Part shown: piece by piece, positions 55,216 through 64,000 of the stretch
Position numbering within the stretch: the first letter of the stretch is position 1
Layout of the letters: each line of letters starts with the position of its first letter
Source of the DNA: the human T2T-CHM13v2.0 reference genome, Homo sapiens
DNA length: 64,000 nt
Assembly (NCBI RefSeq): GCF_009914755.1
Contig: NC_060930.1
Reading direction: 5' to 3' (one strand)
Made by a program: the position numbers and the translations under genes
The notes under the pieces: model-generated
Database searches by the model: none
Seen by the model: only the letters and a program-made list of their open reading frames with translations
What the model was told of the DNA's origin: nothing

Positions 55216-56792
55216 TTTAAGAATATATAGAGTGACTTTTTGGCACTCCTAGTAAGTATTGAATGAATAAATGAAGAAATGAATGACTAAATATATAAAT
55301 CAGTGATTTCCTGAAACAATCTATATGGCCTATTTAATTGTCTATGTGCAAAAAAACACACACATAAAAATTATAATCTTAGTCATAAAATTATACAGAA
55401 AATCAATAAATTTGAATTTAAAAGAGATTTTTACATTGAGATCTGATGTTTGAGAGGCACCAGTCTAAGTGGAGGAAGGAGATTAACATTTTTGGGAGAC
55501 AATTTTAGTCACTTTGAATTTGGCCCTAATTTCACTCAAACACTTTTGGCTTTACTTTTTCTTGATACTAGCGTATCTCCTCACTACTTTCATTGTCACC
55601 ACATGGCAAGTTTCCTTTGGGCTGTCAAAAGGAACAAAATGAAATATCTCTAATAATAGGTGGCAGAAGTGCAAGAGCAATCATTCTCCACATTTTCTAT
55701 CTTATGATCCTTCAGTTATCATTAGAGACTCTGGATCAAATCCTAATACAAACAAAAGTTCCAACCCTCCTCCTTCCATCCCCCAGCCCTTCACACCCAC
55801 TAAGGAGATCGATATGTTCCTAGATACCGATTAATATTGATCTTCATTGATCTTACATTTTAAAGATATACAAAGTAAATATTATTATAGCCAGTAAACA
55901 TCATTGGTATGGCTCAAAAAATAATAAATCTATGTGTCATAGTATGGAAAAGTGTATAATTTGTTTTAAAACACAAGAGAATTTTCCTTTAAGTTATTAG
56001 AATGTAGACTAATGATGTTTAAGGTGTATGTGGAGTTTGAGGAAATATTAATTTAGCAATGTTACTCAATATCCTTACCTAACTTAGACTGTTTCTGTAA
56101 TTCCTTCACTCTACTGTTCTCAGGGAATCCATGAAGAACTAAGACACGGAAGCTGGAGGCACAGAACTGGTTGGGAAAAAGAGCAGATTCATGACCTGAT
56201 TTAAAAAATAGGAATCATGAGGGCATAGATATGAGAAAGCAGGTCCAAGGCCATCAAGCGTTCAAAAACTGAATGACTGAGGAGGACAGAGATAGGTGAG
56301 TGGTCAAAGGCCTGGCAAAGACCCAGGAACTAAGGGAGCAGCTGGGCAAGGAAATGAGACCAGCAGGCACCCGGCACCTACCATGCAGAGAGTAATGGGT
56401 GAGAAAGAAGTCCCTAAGAAGTACCTAATCTACAAGTGTAGGATGAGAGATAAAAGAAATAGAAGTGTGTGGATGGACAAGAAGTCATTAGCTTATGAGC
56501 TGATAAATGGAGGCCAGAAAAGAGCTTAAGGTATGCTGATTTTCAATGCAATGGTCAATATCCTACCAGTGGGCGGGGGGGGGGGGGGTGGGTGGGGGGG
56601 GGAAGAACAGATACTTAAAGGAGATGGTAAGGAAAGAAAAAAGGAAAATATTTGAGGTCAAATTTCAGGGAGACATCTTAGAGGGAGAAGTTTCTTGGCT
56701 CCAGGCCTGCCCCAGAAACATACCGGGGAAAGTACACATGGAGAGACACATACCCTATGTCTTAATATCTAACAATTATAAATTAAGCTAAC

Positions 56793-57562
56793 TGTGTCAG
56801 TCAGAGTTCCACCAGAGAAACAGAACCAGTAGAAGATATACATTAATAGATTTATTTCAAAGAATTGGCGTATGTAGTTGTGGGGGCTGGCTAGGCTGCT
56901 TGGTTTGAATGTTTGTGCGCCCTCCAAAATTCATGTTGAAACTAAATCCCAAATGGAAGAGTGTTAAGAGATGGAGGCTTTAGGACACAATTAGGTAGGG
57001 CCCTCTTGGATGGGTTTAGTGCCTTATAAAATGGCTAGAGGGAACTAGCCAGGCCCTTTTGCCCTTGCACCTTTTCCACCATCTGAAGATAGAGCATGTA
57101 AGGCACCATCAGATGAGACCCTCACCAGACAGTGAATCTGCCTGCACTTTGATCTTAGACATCTCAGCCTCTGGAATGGCAAGAAATAAATTTCTATTAT
57201 TTATAAATTACTCAGTCTCAGGTATTCTGCTATAGCAGCACAAATGAACTGAGACCCTAGGCAAGTTTAAAATCTAATAGCAGGCAGTCAGGAAGGGCAG
57301 GCTGAATTCCTGGGCACAACCTGACCCTGCAGTCCAAGGCAAATTCTTCTTCCTCAGAAAACCTCAGTTCTGCTCTAAAGAACTTTCAGCTGATAGAATC
57401 AGGCCCAGTCATATTATCTATGTAATCATCTTTACTTAATCAACTGAATATAGAGTAAATGACAGCTACAAGTTACTTTCAAAGCAAACCCTCAATTAGG
57501 TTTTGATTGAATAACTGTGGACTATAGACAAGCCAATTTCACTTATAAAACTGACCATTGTA
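56793..57562 (-). mobile_element. MLT2D-like ERVL LTR (host of a nested MST)
   Basis: tgtgtcagtcagagttccaccagagaaacagaaccagtag ... tttgattgaataactgtggactatag...aaaactgacc. Confidence 0.85.
56897..57257 (+). mobile_element. MSTD/MLT1A-like MaLR solo LTR
   Basis: tggtttgaatgtttgtg...ccaaaattcatgttgaaact...aataaatttct...tatagcagcacaaatgaactgagac; TSD taggc at 56892-56896 and 57258-57262. Confidence 0.9.
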
Positions 57563-60240
57563 TTAATAAACTGTTAAAATATGTTACAACTACCTACCTT
57601 GACAAATATACCATCATGACAATATCAAAAGGTATGTGTTAAGCAGTGGTTAACTAAATGACTTATAAATTGGCAAAATATCAAAGATGGCTTACAGTGA
57701 TTATTAATTGACCATTTCTGCTTGTTCTCTTAATGAACCAGGGAAGTTTGGATGATTAGTAAACTGAAGACAGACATAATTTATAAACTATACATTCATT
57801 TGTAAAATTTATTTTTCTTGCTTGAATTTTAACAAAATTACTAATAATGCTATTATAATCAAGATCTTGTTCTGTTGATAGAATGCCAATTTAAAAAGCC
57901 TTTCTTGTGTCATTACAGAATTATAATTATAATTATAGAATTATAATGACACAAGAAATTGTAACAATTATAGAATCGTCAGTAAATGCTCTAAAACAGT
58001 AAACTCAGAAATAGCCATAAATGTTACATATCTTGTGTACATATTATAATAGAATCACTTGTGATAAATTAGCATTATCATGAAAAATACCGTGATTTAC
58101 AATATAATTGTTATCACATATCGTGATTTTAACTATCTCTTAAAGCAAAGTTTAGATGCATGGTAATATTTTTAAAATGTCTTTCAAGTTTTTTGAAGCT
58201 GGAATAGTATAAAGAAAACTGAAAATAGCACTATATTGCAGCATTTGTTCAAATTTCTCTTCAATAGACAGCATACGTTGATCTACAATGACCAGAAAAC
58301 AATCCTTACCAAAATTTCTTTCAGGATTATTTGTGTGTGGATCTCCTTTTTATCCATGTACATATTTTTTTTTCTTGTTCTAATTAACTTATATTTTATT
58401 GGAATGTTATTTCATTGCACATATCACATGCACTTTCTTTTGATTTAGAAAAATGTTTTAAAAATTAAAAACATTTGTAACCTTTTTATAAGTAAAATGG
58501 CACAACTCAGATTTTTATTTTTGTAAGATTTTGTCAAAAAAAAATGCATTCCAAATAACAAAAAAACATGAGCCACTCATGTTCAAAATTAATTTGATTT
58601 TCTGTTGAAGATCATAATTTCCTGTTTATTTGAAGCTCCTCTATTGTTTTACTTAACTCTTCAATATATCTGATATCTTGCCTGAATTAAATCTAATTGC
58701 CTTAACAGCATTCAGTCAGCATTGCCATGATGTGTCAAAGGATGATTGGGTGGCCAAAATTGATATTAGTTTCTTTAGTTTTTCATCTTTAGGCAGATAA
58801 AGACAATATCATACATAAGGCTTGGAAGTGTTCCACAGAATACCGTAGTTATAAAGAAGTTAAGCATTTGTCTCCTGGTAACAAATTCAAACTATTTTGA
58901 GTCATCTGGCTTGTTGGTTTTTTCTTCAACAACCACCTGAGCACAATTGTTAACAAACTTTCAAATCAATGCCTAAAATTGAAAGTTGTTTCTTCATCTT
59001 TTCATAAAAGTGAAAATTCTTACTTTTTACAACAGATGTAAAAACTAATGAAACATTTGGAATTTTTAACTTCCTTGTTTCTTCATCTTGTAGTTTTGAA
59101 TACTTTGCATGATAAAAGTTGGTGTATAATGTGTCTTTTATCACTGGTAGAATCTAGTTGACCTTTACAATTTTTATGTATTAAATATTCTTATTTTATT
59201 ACTCATTATTAACAATTTCTTTTAAAATTCTTCATTCTAGATAGTGATCATTTATTTCACTTTCTTTTGATCTCTCTTATGTGTTTGGCCATTTTAACAT
59301 CAAATTTCAAAAGCATTTCTACTTAACCTAGAAATTTTCCATTGTTTTCTGTAAATATCGTTCTGCTATTGCCACAGAAAACATCATTATGCTTAGGTAC
59401 ATACTACACACAATAATATTCTTTTGAAAAAAATCTCACCTAATGCCCAATGTTCTATTTCAGTGTTTAAATACTATTGACTGTTTTTCATTTATTCAGC
59501 TTTTTTTCAGTTCTAATAAAAATCACTATTTGCTTTTTTTTTTTTTTAATGCATCTTGTATGCTCTTCTTATTGACAGTCTAAGAGTTTCCATTCACAGG
59601 TATCTTCATTGGCCAACACTGATCCTGAAAATAGATTTTAAAATATATACCAGTAGTAACAAAACATCTTGTCTTTCATTTAAAATATAAAAACCAATTT
59701 ATTAGTTGAAGTTTTATTTGCTTTGTTAAAACATCCAGACTGGGCATGATGGCTCACACCTATAATCCCAGCATTTTGGGGGACTGAGGTGGGAGGATCA
59801 CTTTAGGTCAGGAGTTCAAGACCAGCCTGGCCAACATTGTGAAACCTCGTCTCTACTAAAAATACAAAAATTAGCCAGGTGTGGTGGCGAGCACCTGTAA
59901 TCCCAGCTACTTGGGAGAATGAGGCAGGAGAGTCCCTTGAATGCAAGAGGCAAGAGGTTACAGTGAGCCAAGATAGTGCCACTGCACTCCAGCTTGGGTG
60001 ACAGAGCAAGACTCAATCTCCAAGGGGAAAAAAAAAAAAAACCAGAAAACTTCCGTGCAGAGATCCTGCAAATTAAAATTTTTTAATGGGCATCTTTAAT
60101 TTGATGTCTTGAGATCGAGTCTGATATTTATATTTGTAAATAAATGTATTCAGAAGACAAAAGCAATTTTATCATATTATTCGAATTATCAAGAAGGACT
60201 AAGGCAAAATTTATGAGGCAAAAGTTATAAGCCTTTGCAG
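57563..60240 (-). mobile_element. Degenerate hAT-Tip100 (Zaphod-like) DNA transposon with transposase pseudogene
   Basis: Minus-strand hAT motifs in colinear order: KHNDVFCG..ENNGKFLG*VEMLLKFD, LGIDL, NSLNL, DTSWQC*LNAVKAIRFN, FLVIVDQ..SIEEKFEQ..Y..IFSFLY, MTQERL, DYNSIISNF..IQARK. Confidence 0.85.
59738..60045 (+). mobile_element. Alu (AluSx/Sz-like) inserted in the hAT fossil
   Basis: Dimeric Alu; TSD aaaac(a/t)tcc. Confidence 0.97.
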
Positions 60241-60399
60241 TGGTGGATCTATTTATTTACAAAAAACAAAAGTTCTATTTCTAAAATATATTGCCCAAGG
60301 TGCTGGAATTTTAGCCTATTCCAAACGTGTTAATGAAGCCACCTTCTTTGTTCAACCCCTCCACTAATAGCATAGCCATTCCCCTAGTCTCTTGGGCGA

Positions 60400-60950
60400 G
60401 AGATGCAGTGCAGTCTTTGACTCATTCCTCTCTTTTTCCTCGTGATGGGGTGCCAGTTATCACGTCCTGACAATCTGACCTCAGCAATGCCTCTCCTAAT
60501 CTGATCTCCAATTTTCAGTTTCTAACATGTCTCTAGTTTGGGCCATCAATACTTCACAGCTATACTTTTAAATGGGCTTCTAAATTAAATGGACTTCTCT
60601 CTTCTTTCAAGTCAAAACACTCACTAGTACCACATTTATTCTCCAAAATCTCAGCTTGATTTTCATTCCTGCATACCCTATTCACCCTCCAAAGTCAAGC
60701 TCAGTCGTTTCCTTTTCTGTGAAGCTTTACCTGATCCTCCCAACCAATTAATATCTCCCTGTTTGAGTCTCCTACTCTTCTCTGGAAAAATGTTCTTGTT
60801 TTGTTGTTGTCTCATTATTTCTTTTATTTCCTTTACTAGACTGTGAGCCTCTTGAAGTTAAAGTCTTGGTCTCTCTATTCTTTGTCTTTCCTGTATCCTT
60901 AATATGACACTATGTTCAGAGACAGTAACACTACACATTTGCTTAATTTA
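60400..60950 (+). mobile_element. L2 3' fragment
   Basis: ttttctgtgaagctttacctgatcctccc...actagactgtgagcctcttgaag. Confidence 0.6.
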
Positions 60951-61648
60951 AGTAAAGAGCGATTTATGGAAGCCTCCTCTTCTAAATAAATCAATTTTAA
61001 TGTTTATTCAGACTGAATTTTTCACTAAAATTTGTATTTCATCTCGAATATCACAAAATTTATGACTGATAGAACTTGCCCTGAGGAATTAAAGGCATTC
61101 TCTTAAGAGTTCCCCATTGTATGAGTAACAATTCAAATTCCAGGTCAGTGGGCACACTCTTTCTCGTCTAATGCATTAGGGCGGCTCTACAGGTTACGAA
61201 GCATCGGAAAACAAAAAAATGACTTTAAGTTGTCTTTCCTTCAGCATTACAAAAAAGAAAAGAAGCTGAAATAAAATATTACTAATTCACCCTGAAAGGC
61301 TCCTCAGTTCTCCAAATTTAGGGGCATTTGCAATATAACAGTAATATTTTTTAATTCAATCTAATTTAAGAGCTCCCAAAGAATTTTCATATGCATATGT
61401 TGCTCAGAGCATCCATGAGTTAATTGAGTCAGATATTAAGCTAATTTTCAGGGGGCAAAATAGATTAATAAATAGAAAAATGATAATTCTATTCATCTAC
61501 CCATTGAGCCAGCATGTTTTGATTGCCTGCACTCTGGGTACTATTCCTTGAATTAACCCATAGAACACACTCAAAATTTTCCAAAGATTTCCTCTGTTAT
61601 CACAAAAGATAGGATTCCAGACTAGAAAGACCCCTTAGATACTATCTA

Positions 61649-61840
61649 GCCTTGGAGTAATAAATCGTTACGTCTTAAGCACACCAAGTCTACTCAATTG
61701 GTAGCAGCTGCCTATAGCATTTAATTATGGCTTGTAATTCCAAGTCAAGCCTAAATGGGAAAGAAATCAGTGGTGGTGGATTAGCTATGTCTGCCACGGA
61801 TGTGGGATTGGAAGAGACAGCATGTGTGCAGTATAGGCTT
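61649..61840 (+). mobile_element. MER117-like hAT MITE inside a MIR
   Basis: caattggtagcagctgcct...gggaaaga...gattagctatgtctgccacgg; tatctag duplicated on both sides; MIR core follows (gaggaaactgg). Confidence 0.55.
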
Positions 61841-63199
61841 TATCTAGTTCAACTCTCTTGTTTTATAAGTGAGGAAACTGGATACCAGAAAATGGAGATA
61901 ACTAATTTTAACAGACATCACTCACTAAGGACAGAAACTGGACTAGAATCCAAAATTTTGGATGTATAGAGAACTTCTATTTCTACTTCCTGATGCTCAT
62001 ATTCATATACACAGTTATGCCTGATGACATTGACAATTAGAATCTCCAGTTTGGGGAGAAAATGACTTCTAAAGAACACAGACTGGGGTCACAATTTAAA
62101 TGCTGATTCAGACCTGTCAATTTTCATGAGAGTGAAAACATCTGTAGGAAGAGGAATGACTACTGCTTTGCAGGGGTGGGAGGTTGTGAAATACATTTGT
62201 TTTCAAAACTTCTGTTTGAAAACTCTCAACTGGCACCACCATCAAATAGGAGAACTCTCTTTAAGCACGTTTGTTCCTGTTTGTTTAAAAGAGAATATTC
62301 TAAAATATTTGGCTATGCAGCCTGCTTGCTTCTATGCTGAGGGAAATTCTGTGCTCTAGAAGAAGAAAGAAAATCACAAAGCTTGAGCCTGGGAAAAGTG
62401 GAAGTAATCTTTCTCCCTATAGCTAATCTCCTTGTAGAGCTGTAAATATGACATGTTGTTAATGGAGGAAAATTAATTCACTCTTCAGAAATATCACTTG
62501 TATTTTAACATGGTCGATTTTTTCTACAATGTTTTTATTGGCCCCCCAAAGTACAGATATCTCCAGATAAGTTGTGGATCAAATAAGGAAACTGAGAAGT
62601 CCCTACCTCAAGAAAGCAAACATTTTGAAATTTACCAGGCCAATTAATACCGAAGGCAAATGATACATGTATTTCAACACTTTGTTCCTATTCCTCTGAA
62701 ACAGTAAGGCAAATATTTACCCAGCTCATCAGGAAATATAACTGTGACCAACACAAAATTGATTTTTTGCCTACATATTAGTCTCAGAAAGGTAAGTTAT
62801 AAAAGAGTAGATTAATAGGTACATTGAGAACTTGGTAAACATTTGGAATAGAAAGCTATTTTCTTATATGAAGCTATTTTCCCTTAGTTTGAGGGAAGGG
62901 AGCTTTCAAAGAGTATGGTATATAATTTTAAATATTAAGTAAAAAGATTAAATGTCTACAGTCAGTTATTACCTTGTGTGATTTATGCCCGACTCCACCA
63001 CATAAAGTTCTGACATAATACAAAATATTTGCAGAAACAACAGTATAACACACCTGTAAAGGGCAATAGAACAAAGGAGGAGTGTTATAACCTTGAACTG
63101 TTCTTTAGTCCTTGACCACCTTGGGAACTTCCAGTCATCACCTTGCTTTGAGAGCCTTTGGCTTAAACTATACTGGACTTCCTACTTTCATCTCCAAGG

Positions 63200-63500
63200 T
63201 CCTTCTCTGAACTGGTGGTTGAAGTGAGAATAAACAGGAGGGGGCCCATGTGAGAAATATTTAGGAGGTAAAAGGAATGTGTTAGGAGACAGTCAGGAGA
63301 CAGTGTGGTGAGAGGAAGTGATTGAAGATGATGCCCAAGATGGTGGACGGACTGAGGACATCAATGATGGAGACATCTCCTGAGACAAGGAAAATAAGAG
63401 GAAGATCCTGCTTGTTGTTTAACACCAGGAAAGAATCACAGATGCCTGCACTCACTAACCAAGGCATCCTCCAGAGGTGTGAATGGAAGACATTAGCACA
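63200..63500 (-). mobile_element. L2 internal fragment
   Basis: gagaaatatttaggaggtaaaa...gaagatgatgcccaag. Confidence 0.55.
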
Positions 63501-64000
63501 GAACCTGGAGGTAAGCAGAGATCCTCAGCTGTCCCCATCAGACTTTGGAAGGCTCCCTGCACCTCACACTTCATGCACACACACTTGTTGTGCCCTCAGC
63601 TTGCCAGATGGGTAACCACAACACATTTAACTATTAAAGGTAAACTGATTCAGTTATACACCATCAGCACAGGAATAAAGAGAACAAAAATATTTTCAAA
63701 AGCTCAGGGGATTCCGCTGCCACCCAATATAATCAACATAGGCTTCCCAGTAAGTCAGAGATGGGCAAGACCATCTCTAGATCTGAGCAGGGCAGCCTGC
63801 CCACTCCTGGCCCCTTCCTGCACCATAAGAGGCCTCATGCATAGGGGTATGGACACCTAGGTCAGCATGTCTAAAATCTACCCAAACACCTGGAAACAAC
63901 CACACCATGGTCATCCCTTAGGGTTAAGGGTACACACAACAACGGTACAGTCCATTCCAGAATAAAAAGCCTACACAGGCCCAAAAAACTAGATTGGGAT

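Noticed and set aside
62705-62791. Possible + strand exon ending AAG|GTAAGT
   Set aside because: The donor is strong but the acceptor is mediocre and there is no other support.

Overview
Primate (most likely human) non-coding genomic DNA, intergenic or deep-intronic. I recognise no host protein-coding exon, and no rRNA, tRNA or CRISPR feature. Almost all ORF-track entries are repeat or low-complexity artefacts. The window is mainly layered transposable elements: about 15 Alu/FLAM copies (many with readable target-site duplications), two young L1PA insertions (one twin-primed, one keeping an open ORF2 C-terminus), old L1M/L2/L3/MIR fragments, solo LTRs (MER83-like, LTR33, THE1, MST nested in MLT2) and DNA-transposon MITEs (MER1B, MER2B, MER44B, MER45A, MER5, MER117/MER119-like). 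There is also a near full-length but dead hAT-Tip100 (Zaphod-like) transposase on the minus strand at about 57.6-60.2 kb. The best non-repeat signals are two canonical + strand exon-like units (22881-23013 and 25839-25935) that could form a spliced lncRNA or a 35-aa small ORF, several templated or palindromic micro-rearrangements, unstable repeats in Alu tails ((AAAAG)15 and (TA)~49), and a few CpG-retaining candidate regulatory patches. Subfamily names come from remembered consensus sequences, and boundaries of old repeats are approximate. The sequence does not support a new biological system; the findings are leads to test.
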